From: Planctomycetota bacterium | GTDB lineage: Bacteria; Planctomycetota; PLA2; JAEUHO01 | Length of the DNA stretch: 64,000 bases | Reading direction: 5' to 3' | NCBI GenBank assembly: GCA_965222115.1 | Contig: CBDCTJ010000007.1 | Location: forward strand, 576,001 to 640,000 | Shown: piece after piece, positions 1 through 9,159 of the stretch | How positions within the stretch are numbered: the first letter of the stretch is position 1 | How the letters are laid out: each line of letters begins with the position of its first letter | The notes under the pieces: generated by a model | The model's database searches: none | What the model saw: only the letters and a program-made list of their open reading frames with translations | Told to the model about the DNA's origin: nothing | Translations under genes and position numbers: made by a program

Positions 1-2
1 TG

Positions 3-3000
3 GAACAAGGTCCGCGCGGACTGACCTTTGTTCTGACCGATGGTGGACTGGCGTGTATGGGCGCCGTACGCGATGGCGGTCGCGGTAGCCCACTCTTTAT
101 GGCACCCGAGCTAACGGTGGAGGGCGAACACGATCACCGGGTAGACCTCTATTCACTCGGTCTCGTCGCGTTCCGCCTTGCAACGGGCGGAAACCCCATC
201 GATGGTGGCGCCGGCGAAGTCTTGGGCGAACGCCGTCGTCGTTCGGCGCCCTCAGCGCGACAGCGACGTCGTGACATCCCCACCGCATTGGATGCGCTTA
301 TCGCGTCGCTCTTGGATCGTGAACCTAATCAGCGACCGGCCGATGCGCGCGCGTTAGCACGCCGCGTAGCCGACATTCGGGGCCGTAGCGGAAGGACGTT
401 TGAGGCTGTGATTGCCCACCAAACGCGAGAAGGTCCGCTTGTTGGACGCGACGACATTGTCGCGACACTCGAACGTTCGCTGGGTCAACTCGCCTCGGCA
501 CCCACAAAACGACGTGGTGTACGTCTGCAGCATGATGCTGTCATGCTCATGCACGGCATCTCGGGCGTTGGCTGCACACGCGTAGCACGTGAGTGCATCG
601 ATCGCGCGCGGCAACGTGAACTCCCGGTCGTCTTGCTCTCGGGCCGGCACTCGGCCCATGGGCACGACGACCCGCTACGGCATGTCATGCGTCAATTGGA
701 CGCGATCCAGGCGGGGGCAGGCGGAACACCGCGGCCACGTCGGGAACGCAAACGCAATCACGACGCCATGGTGGAACAATTGCTTCGCCAGTGGGAACGC
801 GTCGCACGCGACTGCCCGTTCATTATGGTGGTGACGGATTATGGCGAGCTCGCACCCTCCCTTCAGCGCGCGGTGCATGTAATCGCTCGATTCTTGTTTG
901 CGCGTAGTGAACAGTCGCGCATGCGGCCTGCGATCGCATCCATGCTGTTTGTAGACCTTGGCGACGCCAGTCCCGACCCGCTTCTCAATCCCGATGCCGA
1001 AGATCGAGAGGCACCGGTAACCCGCCTCTCGCCGTTGTCGGCGCGGGACGTTGAACGATTGGTCGCAACACGCTTCCCCGGCTTTTCCTTGGAGGCGCGA
1101 GAGCGGTTACTGCTCCACGAACGCAGCGAGGGTCTCCCGCGCGACGTCGTGGCCCTTGTGGGTGAAGCAGGACGGCGCGGTGACTTTCTTCCGGCGGAAG
1201 GCTCATGGACGTGGCGAGTTCATGAGTTGGAGCGCTACCCCACCGTTCGACCGCTTGATCCGGTCTACCTGCAAGCGTGGGATGCACTTCCACGAGACGC
1301 GCGGACTGTGCTGCGCTCGCTCGCGTTGGCACGGGAGCCCGTGCGTTGCGACGTGCTTGAGGCGGCGTTCGCTCATGAACCGGTTACGGTTGCCCGCCAT
1401 TCACCGCTTGCCAACGTCATCGAACGCGATGGCCATGCATCACTCGCACTCGCTTCACGGGGCGTGCACAACCTCGCAGACACTCATACGAGTGACGGCC
1501 CGGAGACGCTTGCCACAGCTCTACTCGATGCCCATCAGCGTCTTGACGTTTCGCTCAGTCCGCTGGCTCGCGCGCGGCTCCTTGCGCATACCGGTAAACT
1601 CAACGAGGCGCTCATGCACCTCGCCTCCGAAACGCGCGATGCGCGTGAACATCTTCGTGCGAAGAACTTTGACTGGGCCCGCGAACAACTCGAACGCCAT
1701 CCCAATCTTCTGGACCATCCGACGCTGCACGCTTCGTGGGTCAATCTCCTAACGCGTTCTCCAGCCGCAATCGACATTGCCATGCGCCTCAGCACGTGCC
1801 TCGATCCTGCCATCGCGGGCTACGACACGGCGCGCGCCCTCGCGAAAATCATGCATCGCGAAAATCGCTACGACGAAGCATTGGCCTTCCTCAATCAACA
1901 CGAAGCTACCTGGCCGACCGACCCCAAATCACGCACGCAGTTCCACCTTGAACGCGCAAAGATTTTCCTCTCCCTACGCCGTATCGACGACGCCAAAACC
2001 ACACTCCGCGACGCTCGCCACGCCCTCCACCAACTCCCCAATCGTGGACGGGGGGAGGGGGAGTTGATGGGTCGGTATCTCAATATACTTGGTAGCTGTC
2101 ACCAGTTTGGCGGGAACCTAGAGAACGCAAAGAGAGTGTGGTCACTAGGGGAGTCTGTAGCCCGCAGCACGAAGAATCTGGCAGTCCTTGCAAGTACGTT
2201 GAACAACATCGGTATTGCCCTTCATAGAAGTGGGAACCGGACCGAATCAGCGGATTACCTTCGACGTTCACTACGATTGTATCGTGGTCTGTACAAGATG
2301 GATCGCGTCGCGCTCGCAGAGTACAATCTAGGCACCATTGAAGTATCAAACGGAAAATTGGCGTCAGGAATTAGGCGCCTAAAGACCTCCGCAAGTATTT
2401 CCATGCGCTACGGGCAACTTCAACGGCTATCGAGCGCACTAGTTTCCCTCGCACATGCGTACGATCAGGAATCGAATCCTTCGCTCGCAAATACGACCCT
2501 TCGCCGCGCACTGCGAGAAGCAATTTCTAGCAAGGCTCACTATCGAATCTCTAGTGTATCTCAGAGACTCGCGCCGTTGTCCGCAGCGTTGGGAGACGCA
2601 CAAGGTTCCAGATCGGCGCTCCAGTGTAGTGCGCGTGCTTCGCGAGCTTCCGAAGACTGCCGATTTGGACACTTCCTTGCATCCGCCCTTTCGAATCTCT
2701 ACCTGGGTAAGCGAGCCGACGCAAGAGTGTCGCTCATGCGTGCGGCGAGACGCGCGCCTAAGCGCCAACTTCGCGAGGCACAAGTAGTCCTGATTCTTAT
2801 AAAACTCCTAGACGCCACCAACTGCCGTTACACAAATACTGTCGACACGACCTCAATCTCTGAGCACCTCACGTGGTGCATAGATTCAGCTACGTGGGAT
2901 ACCAAATATGCTCCACTTGATAAACTTAGTCCTGCATCCACACCTGAAAGCGGTACGCTCCGCAGGCTAAAGGCCGAAGTCGTATTGTGGTCTGCAATCA

Positions 3001-5006
3001 ACCGCTCTCCAGTTGGCGATGTCGTCCAAAAAGACTTAGGTCACATGACGGCTCGCCTTAGGCGCTCAGGGGAAAAGGCAATTCTGGCGCGTGCTCTTTC
3101 ACTTCAATCAATGCTGCAAATCGACGGGATACAGAGTGGAAATGGTGCGCACCTCCTGTCTGATGCACTTCAAGAGTGGCAAAGCAATGCTCAGTCACAC
3201 TCGATTCCTCTCGAATTCGTACTGACGTACAATTGCCATGCGAAGCGACTCGGCTTGGCGCAAACTCACGCGTTAAAACGAGACTTAACTAGAACTGACC
3301 TGGAAGCTCTTGGCTATAGATTCCTCCGTGAGCACTCAAGTAGCAGCCCCGATGACAGCAGGATCTCTCGCGCACTTAAGCGCGTGGTGCAAGCGACTGC
3401 AGATCTCCGCGCCGATCATGACCTGTACCGATTGCTTAGAACCATGACGGAAGCGGTACTTGAAGTTACTGGGGCAGAAAGAGCATGCGTGGTGCGCGTC
3501 ACTGAAGATGGCGGCCAAGAGATTTGTGTCGCGTCAAACTCGATTGGAGACACGGTCCCGCCCCCTTCGGTTGTAAACCTATCTCAAACTGTAATCGACA
3601 GAGTGATGAGATCTCGCTCGCCATTGCTTCTACACGATGTGTTCGATGACGATGAGTTGATGATGCGACCGAGTATTACAAAGCTATCTCTTCGCACACT
3701 GCTTTGTGTGCCAATGGTCCGAAGTGGCCATCTGTATGGTGTTCTCTACGCGGACAGCACATCTACAGCTGCTAGTTTCGACAGCACTGACTTGGAAGTG
3801 TTTACTCTTTTCGCTGATCATGCCGCGGGCGCGCTTGAGTCTCAAAGATTGGTATCAAACCTGAAATTCTCTATGGAAGAGCTTCAGCGCGCTCAGGAGC
3901 AGTTGATACGAGGGGAGAGGCTACGAACGATAGGGGAGATTAGTAGCGGCGTCGCACACGAGTTCAACAATCTGTTAACATCAATTCTTGCTAGAGTCCA
4001 ACTACTTAGTATGACACCTATGGGTGAAGGGGTGGCCAGAGATCTCGAGTTAATCGAGAAGGCATGCATGGATGCGGCGGAAGTAGTGCGAAGGCTTCAG
4101 AGCTTCAGTAGGCGCGAGTGCGAGGCAGGTTTCGTCGAAACTGATCTCTGCCAGATCTGCCGCGATGCCGTGGAGTTCATGAAGCCCCTGTGGACTCATC
4201 GAAATCAGAGTGACGCTAACGCATTGATCGTATCAATCAATGCTCCGACATCACTCATGGTCAACGGATCGCCGACTGAGTTGCGGGAGGTGATTACGAA
4301 TCTCATCAAAAACTCACTAGATGCAACGGGCTATAGTGGATCAATCAAAATTCACGCCATTGAAGTTGGGGCTGAGGCTGTAATAGTAGTTTCAGATAAC
4401 GGACCAGGGGTTCCTGAGAAGTATCGAGACAAGATTTTCGATTCCTTCTTTTCAACGAAAGGAGAAAAAGGAACAGGGCTTGGTCTATGTCTATGTAAAC
4501 AGATCGTTGAGAGGCATGGAGGTAGCATTGAGCTTGCCTGCCCAGAAGTCGGTGGTACAGAAATTACAATAAAGCTTCCGATGCGAGCAGAGGCTCGTCC
4601 GACCAATACGTCTAGCATGCCGGAGAGTCCAGCCAAGGGTGTGCGGGTACTAGTTGTTGATGATGACGAAAACGTCCGTACACCGCTAGCCAAGTTCCTC
4701 TCTAAAGAAGGCTTCGAAGTTTCATCGGCATCGGGGGGCGTTGAGGGGTTAGAGATGATCCCTCGGTCTAATCCACATGTAGTGATTAGCGACCTTAGTA
4801 TGCCAGAGATGGATGGCATCGAATTCTGTCGTCATCTAGCGGCCAGACATCCTCTGACGCCTATTGTCCTCATGACGGGTCGAAGCAATCTCATTAATGC
4901 AGACAGACTGCGATCAACGGGCGCGTCTGCATTGATTGCCAAACCATTCTCTATGCGAAGCGTAACGAGACTGATTCATGATGTGCTGGCAGAGACACAG
5001 CGCTAG
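3..5006 (+). CDS. 5'-truncated multidomain hybrid sensor: Ser/Thr kinase-like C-lobe, degenerate AAA/STAND-like NTPase, TPR repeats, GAF, HisKA/HATPase_c, receiver
   Basis: Frame is open from base 3 (EQGPRGLTFVLTDGGLACM...), so the gene starts upstream of the window. Kinase motifs GSPLFMAPE and DLYSLG; LVGRD followed by GISGVGCT; TPR-like LNNIGIAL and YNLG; GAF LLCVPM...GVLYAD; H-box AHEFNNLL; N/G boxes DNGPGV and GTGLGL; receiver VLVVDDD...SDLSMPEMDG...KP. Confidence 0.9.
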   Translation, partial: EQGPRGLTFVLTDGGLACMGAVRDGGRGSPLFMAPELTVEGEHDHRVDLYSLGLVAFRLATGGNPIDGGAGEVLGERRRRSAPSARQRRRDIPTALDALIASLLDREPNQRPADARALARRVADIRGRSGRTFEAVIAHQTREGPLVGRDDIVATLERSLGQLASAPTKRRGVRLQHDAVMLMHGISGVGCTRVARECIDRARQRELPVVLLSGRHSAHGHDDPLRHVMRQLDAIQAGAGGTPRPRRERKRNHDAMVEQLLRQWERVARDCPFIMVVTDYGELAPSLQRAVHVIARFLFARSEQSRMRPAIASMLFVDLGDASPDPLLNPDAEDREAPVTRLSPLSARDVERLVATRFPGFSLEARERLLLHERSEGLPRDVVALVGEAGRRGDFLPAEGSWTWRVHELERYPTVRPLDPVYLQAWDALPRDARTVLRSLALAREPVRCDVLEAAFAHEPVTVARHSPLANVIERDGHASLALASRGVHNLADTHTSDGPETLATALLDAHQRLDVSLSPLARARLLAHTGKLNEALMHLASETRDAREHLRAKNFDWAREQLERHPNLLDHPTLHASWVNLLTRSPAAIDIAMRLSTCLDPAIAGYDTARALAKIMHRENRYDEALAFLNQHEATWPTDPKSRTQFHLERAKIFLSLRRIDDAKTTLRDARHALHQLPNRGRGEGELMGRYLNILGSCHQFGGNLENAKRVWSLGESVARSTKNLAVLASTLNNIGIALHRSGNRTESADYLRRSLRLYRGLYKMDRVALAEYNLGTIEVSNGKLASGIRRLKTSASISMRYGQLQRLSSALVSLAHAYDQESNPSLANTTLRRALREAISSKAHYRISSVSQRLAPLSAALGDAQGSRSALQCSARASRASEDCRFGHFLASALSNLYLGKRADARVSLMRAARRAPKRQLREAQVVLILIKLLDATNCRYTNTVDTTSISEHLTWCIDSATWDTKYAPLDKLSPASTPESGTLRRLKAEVVLWSAINRSPVGDVVQKDLGHMTARLRRSGEKAILARALSLQSMLQIDGIQSGNGAHLLSDALQEWQSNAQSHSIPLEFVLTYNCHAKRLGLAQTHALKRDLTRTDLEALGYRFLREHSSSSPDDSRISRALKRVVQATADLRADHDLYRLLRTMTEAVLEVTGAERACVVRVTEDGGQEICVASNSIGDTVPPPSVVNLSQTVIDRVMRSRSPLLLHDVFDDDELMMRPSITKLSLRTLLCVPMVRSGHLYGVLYADSTSTAASFDSTDLEVFTLFADHAAGALESQRLVSNLKFSMEELQRAQEQLIRGERLRTIGEISSGVAHEFNNLLTSILARVQLLSMTPMGEGVARDLELIEKACMDAAEVVRRLQSFSRRECEAGFVETDLCQICRDAVEFMKPLWTHRNQSDANALIVSINAPTSLMVNGSPTELREVITNLIKNSLDATGYSGSIKIHAIEVGAEAVIVVSDNGPGVPEKYRDKIFDSFFSTKGEKGTGLGLCLCKQIVERHGGSIELACPEVGGTEITIKLPMRAEARPTNTSSMPESPAKGVRVLVVDDDENVRTPLAKFLSKEGFEVSSASGGVEGLEMIPRSNPHVVISDLSMPEMDGIEFCRHLAARHPLTPIVLMTGRSNLINADRLRSTGASALIAKPFSMRSVTRLIHDVLAETQR

Positions 5007-5053
5007 ATTCCCAAACTAACCATAAGACAGCGGTACTACTTCTCTGCCGTGTA

Positions 5054-5395
5054 TTAGTCGACGAAGTCCGGCTCAAGTTCGGGTTCCAAGAAGGAAAAAC
5101 AAATCGCTCCCTCGCCCAGGAGAACGTCTGCAACGTAACCGCCGTTGGGCAGTGGAATCAAGACTGAGTGCTCCCAGTCATCAGTCACTCCGCCCCCAAC
5201 GGTCAGCCCGATCGAATCGAACACGACGAAGGGCGTTCCCGGCTCACATGCCAAGAACAGTTCAGCCTCGAAACAACTCAAGTCGTAACTCACGGACACG
5301 TGGTCAGTGAAAGTTGTATTCGCACTTGAAGTAGAGGTGAATGAGAGCAACGCAAGAAAGATGGCGGCGACCAAGACATTTAGTTTGCGGGGCAT
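5054..5395 (-). CDS. Small secreted protein of unknown function (113 aa, signal peptide, acidic mature part with 3 Cys)
   Basis: MPRKLNVLVAAIFLALLSFTSTSSA is a Sec-type signal peptide; GGAG lies 7 nt upstream of the ATG at 5395 (the track ORF starts at 5452). Confidence 0.7.
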   Translation of the reverse strand: MPRKLNVLVAAIFLALLSFTSTSSANTTFTDHVSVSYDLSCFEAELFLACEPGTPFVVFDSIGLTVGGGVTDDWEHSVLIPLPNGGYVADVLLGEGAICFSFLEPELEPDFVD

Positions 5396-5567
5396 TTGTA
5401 AGCTCCAAGGCTGCTGAACTGCGTCTACCAAATTAGACATTTGATTCGACAATTCAACGCTCGTCCAAATGGATACACAAACACAATACTAACCTGCGCC
5501 CAAGATTGCAATTTTCAGGCTAAAGCTGCGAACATCTTCCAATGATTCCGCGCACGGCAGCCTTGCG

Positions 5568-8500
5568 ATGACGAGCAGGGCGTTCAGGAAACCAATGCTG
5601 GTACTAGCTGCAGCTCCGGGCTGTAGCAGGAACCGGTGCCTTAAGGGCAGGGGAAGTGTCAGGGTTGGTCAGAGATCGTGGATTCGAATGAATGGCAACG
5701 AACTCGTTGAGCGAGGGCCTGCACTCATACGCTCAATCGTCCACCGCATTTCATGCGTGGCTTGCCAATCACCATTGCCTCGCGTTGTCGTTGTTCGGTT
5801 TGATCCTGGCAGCCCATTACACATGTTGCTGACTGGCTGCCTAATGTCGATCACAGACCCGACTCCGAAATCGATAGACGTCGTTAGGGAAACGATATCT
5901 AGAGAGCCTACCCAACATGCTCGTGAACCTGGAACTACCGCTAGATGGATGTATGAAAATTGCTTGCGCGGTGAGTATTGGGAGAGGCTTCTTAATATCA
6001 TAGAAAGAAGAAGCACAAGGGCTACAGCGCGATTAGTACTTAGTCGTGCGGTTAGGACCCCTACGAGAGATACGGCTCACATAGAGGAGGCGATTTTTCG
6101 CTCCGTCACGATCTTACTTGGAGCAGGAGAAACGAGTACTCGCGCCGCCCAGTACATGGCCTCACTTGCCCGATGCTCGCGGCTCATCAGAAAGCCAAAT
6201 CTCCGCGAGTACGCCTGGCTCCTGCGTAATCTCCCTAAGGACATCATTCCAGTCGCACGCAACTTGGCAAGCAGGGCTTTAAGCAACTACCAAATACGCC
6301 ACAATACTCCCGGCCACCCGAAAGCACTTCCGTCCGTAAAGAGAATGTGTGTGCGGCGACAAGCATTCACAAGATCGAGTAATGTCGGGGGTGTGTATGC
6401 CACGATCTTGAGAGGTTTCTATTGCGTTTCTCAAGATCCCCAAGTCATTTATTCAAAGATTGACTACCAAACTGGAGCAGCACTTCGAGGCTCGCCATAC
6501 GAGATGCTGATCCGCTCCTGCGTAGCTCGAATAGTTTACTCCATATTTGCACGCGGCTTGGCTAGTACACATCATTTACGACTCGCCGCGGCTCTAGTTG
6601 CACATCACTATCAAGAGACTCATATTCACCCAAATCTCGCGCAAGACCTGCTGGCCCCAAACATTTCGAAACGTGCTGCCTTCGGCCCCGTACACAGAAA
6701 GGCAAAGGTGCTCGCCGTCGCGCTCGACTCAAATAGAATGTCACGGCTGAAGCGAGAATCAAACGGCCGCGAAACACTAGAAGTCTCGCACCTATACTCA
6801 ATGGGAATCACCGGGAGTGCTTCAGGTCCCATCACCGTGTTGAACACCCCTACTGCACTCTTGCGCACACTGAGCGGGCTGTGGAATACGCGCTCGCGAG
6901 GGATCACGCCGCAGCGACTTGAGAAGTATCGCCGGCTTCCAGAGCACGCGGCAACCTACTCGACTTTGATACTGTTACAGGCGAATGCGCGAGCGGCAAC
7001 CGCAGCACACGCAATGCACTCGCTGCTTAAGATGGAAACGACGTGGGCGACGCGGTTGTACATGTGCTTGATTCTGAGCCGGTACTACATCCGTATGGGG
7101 CGGGCGCGGGAGGCGGTGCGGACGTTGGCGCAGTGCGTGCAGGCGTATCGGGGGTTGGAGAAGTTTCGGCGAAGCGTGGATGTGGCAACGAAGCCGGAAC
7201 CGATTGAAGCCTTTGAACGCTATTGCAATCAAGCGCTGTCGATGATGAATCCGCCGCGAGCGCCGGGCCGAGATGCTGTGATTGCGGTGGCGCGCGTGGC
7301 GCGGGCCATGCCTCCGTATCGGCGTCCGCGACGACCCATGCGCACGTTGCGCGCGATTGAGTCGCTACTCGCCGCCGGCGATCACTTGGACGATAAGGAG
7401 CGATCTTTACGGGTGGCCGACGAGTTGGCCGCCGTGGCCGATGCCTACGTGCTCTATCACGAACGTCACGGCAAGGTGCTGCGCGAAGTGCCGCAGGTCG
7501 AACACACCTTGGCAACCACCACGCTGCGGGGCCTCAGCAAACTTCCCCATATGTCGGTGCGCTCCATTCGTCCGCGCGCCGAGTTTTGGCGACCACACCA
7601 ACGCCGCCCGCGCGCCGTACTCATCGTGCGCATGGAAAACGAATTCCTTGCACTGGCCAAACGCGTACGCTTTCGAACCAACGAAACCCGCGCGGTCGCC
7701 GCGATGGCTCGAATGGTTCAGTCGCAGGGCCGTTCGCAGGGAGTGGGTAGCGCGACGCCGCGCAGCACGCACACGCGGCGCGAATCCACAAACGCGTTTG
7801 GTATGATCGGCGAGGCCACAGCATGGCAAAATGTAATGCGCTTGGTAGGTCGGTTGGCGACCACCGACACATCGGTCGTTATTCAAGGAGAAACGGGCAC
7901 GGGGAAAGAACTGGTGGCGCGTGCGTTGCACCTCGGTTCCGGTCGCGCACAGGGTCCCTTTGTGGCCGTGGATTGTGGCGCGCTCGCCGGCGATATGATG
8001 CGCGCAGAACTCTTTGGACACGTACGCGGCGCGTTTACCGGCGCCCATACGTCCCGCAAGGGGCTGATTCGCTCCGCGCACCGCGGCACCCTGTTTCTCG
8101 ACGAAATCGGCAATATGCCGCCCGATATGCAACAGACGCTACTGCGCGTGCTGCAGGAGCGCAGTGTTCGCCCCGTGGGTGGCGCCAAACGATTCGATGT
8201 GGACATTCGTTTGGTATGCGCGACACACGTCGAGCTATACAACGCAGTTGAGGCGGGTGTGTTTCGCGAAGACCTGTATCACCGCATCTGCGTTGTCGAG
8301 ATCGACGTGCCGCCGCTCCGCGCACGCAAGGAGGACATCCCGCGCTTTGTCGAGCATTTCTTAGCGGGCGTCGGTTGTGCGCCTCACGTACCCAGTACAT
8401 GCCTGTCATTGCTCTGTGGTTACGAGTGGCCCGGTAACGTTCGTGAACTAAAGAACGTGGTGTGCGCGGCAGGTATGCTCAGCCCCGGCAAGGAACTCGA

Positions 8501-8771
8501 TTACGAAACACTCAAATCGGTGATGGCCACGCGATTGGATCGAGATGTTTCCATCCGCGCGGTACGTGCCGATTTAACGCGGCGCGAACGAGACTTGATT
8601 GCGTTGCTGAAACGACGGTGGATGTCGTCCGCCGAGCTCGCTCAGCGACTGGGGGTCTCCCCGCGCACCATGAATCGCGACCTACAACACCTCGCGGAAC
8701 GCGGTTGGATCGAGCACATCGGCAATACACACATGCGGCGTTACCGAGCCACCAGGCGCACGACGGAGTAG
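5568..8771 (+). CDS. Sigma54-dependent transcriptional activator (bEBP) with a long divergent N-terminus and a C-terminal winged HTH; start uncertain
   Basis: Walker A GETGTGKE, ELFGHVRGAFTGA, Walker B LFLDEIG, FREDLYHR, WPGNVREL; C-terminal SSAELAQRLGVSPRTMNRDL (DeoR/HTH_11-like). Confidence 0.88.
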   Translation: MTSRAFRKPMLVLAAAPGCSRNRCLKGRGSVRVGQRSWIRMNGNELVERGPALIRSIVHRISCVACQSPLPRVVVVRFDPGSPLHMLLTGCLMSITDPTPKSIDVVRETISREPTQHAREPGTTARWMYENCLRGEYWERLLNIIERRSTRATARLVLSRAVRTPTRDTAHIEEAIFRSVTILLGAGETSTRAAQYMASLARCSRLIRKPNLREYAWLLRNLPKDIIPVARNLASRALSNYQIRHNTPGHPKALPSVKRMCVRRQAFTRSSNVGGVYATILRGFYCVSQDPQVIYSKIDYQTGAALRGSPYEMLIRSCVARIVYSIFARGLASTHHLRLAAALVAHHYQETHIHPNLAQDLLAPNISKRAAFGPVHRKAKVLAVALDSNRMSRLKRESNGRETLEVSHLYSMGITGSASGPITVLNTPTALLRTLSGLWNTRSRGITPQRLEKYRRLPEHAATYSTLILLQANARAATAAHAMHSLLKMETTWATRLYMCLILSRYYIRMGRAREAVRTLAQCVQAYRGLEKFRRSVDVATKPEPIEAFERYCNQALSMMNPPRAPGRDAVIAVARVARAMPPYRRPRRPMRTLRAIESLLAAGDHLDDKERSLRVADELAAVADAYVLYHERHGKVLREVPQVEHTLATTTLRGLSKLPHMSVRSIRPRAEFWRPHQRRPRAVLIVRMENEFLALAKRVRFRTNETRAVAAMARMVQSQGRSQGVGSATPRSTHTRRESTNAFGMIGEATAWQNVMRLVGRLATTDTSVVIQGETGTGKELVARALHLGSGRAQGPFVAVDCGALAGDMMRAELFGHVRGAFTGAHTSRKGLIRSAHRGTLFLDEIGNMPPDMQQTLLRVLQERSVRPVGGAKRFDVDIRLVCATHVELYNAVEAGVFREDLYHRICVVEIDVPPLRARKEDIPRFVEHFLAGVGCAPHVPSTCLSLLCGYEWPGNVRELKNVVCAAGMLSPGKELDYETLKSVMATRLDRDVSIRAVRADLTRRERDLIALLKRRWMSSAELAQRLGVSPRTMNRDLQHLAERGWIEHIGNTHMRRYRATRRTTE

Positions 8772-8851
8772 CGCACGGAGAGCCTTCTTCCTTTGGCGAT
8801 CGATGGCGTAAAGCGGCGGCAAGGGGAATCACTTTTCCCAATCGGACAGGG

Positions 8852-8882
8852 CTTTCCACAATGTGGATAACCCTGTGGAATC
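8852..8882. promoter_or_regulatory. DnaA-box cluster
   Basis: Perfect TGTGGATAA (reverse of TTATCCACA) at 8862-8870, flanked by CTTTCCACA at 8852-8860 and TGTGGAATC at 8874-8882, in intergenic DNA. Confidence 0.7.
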
Positions 8883-8934
8883 GCAACCCCTTATTTCGCA
8901 GGGGCTTACCGGATTGTTTCAACACTTCACGTGT

Positions 8935-8949
8935 TGGCACATCGTGTGC
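8935..8949 (+). promoter_or_regulatory. Putative sigma54 (-24/-12) promoter
   Basis: TGGCACATCGTGTGC fits TGGCAC-N5-TTGC with exact GG-N10-GC spacing (one mismatch), 164 bp downstream of the sigma54 activator gene. Confidence 0.5.
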
Positions 8950-9159
8950 GCTGTTCGAACAGCATGAACACACGCCTCCGCGTACCCCTGCGCGTCGTCG
9001 CACTCCAGACACTCGCCATTCTCACCTTTGATGCCTTCGGGTGGGTTGATCGAATCGGCATGTTCTCGACCCCCTTTATCCCCCCAGCCGCTTCGCAATC
9101 CACCCTTCTCCTTAATAAGCACGTTGATGAGCACGCCTTGCCCGTTGCAAGCGAGCGCA

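Noticed and set aside
2050-6900. Prophage, IS or integron explanation for the low-GC zone
   Set aside because: No mobility genes or terminal repeats, and both boundaries lie within uninterrupted host ORFs.
2050-6900. Classical diversity-generating retroelement
   Set aside because: No reverse transcriptase and no TR/VR repeat pair visible in this window.
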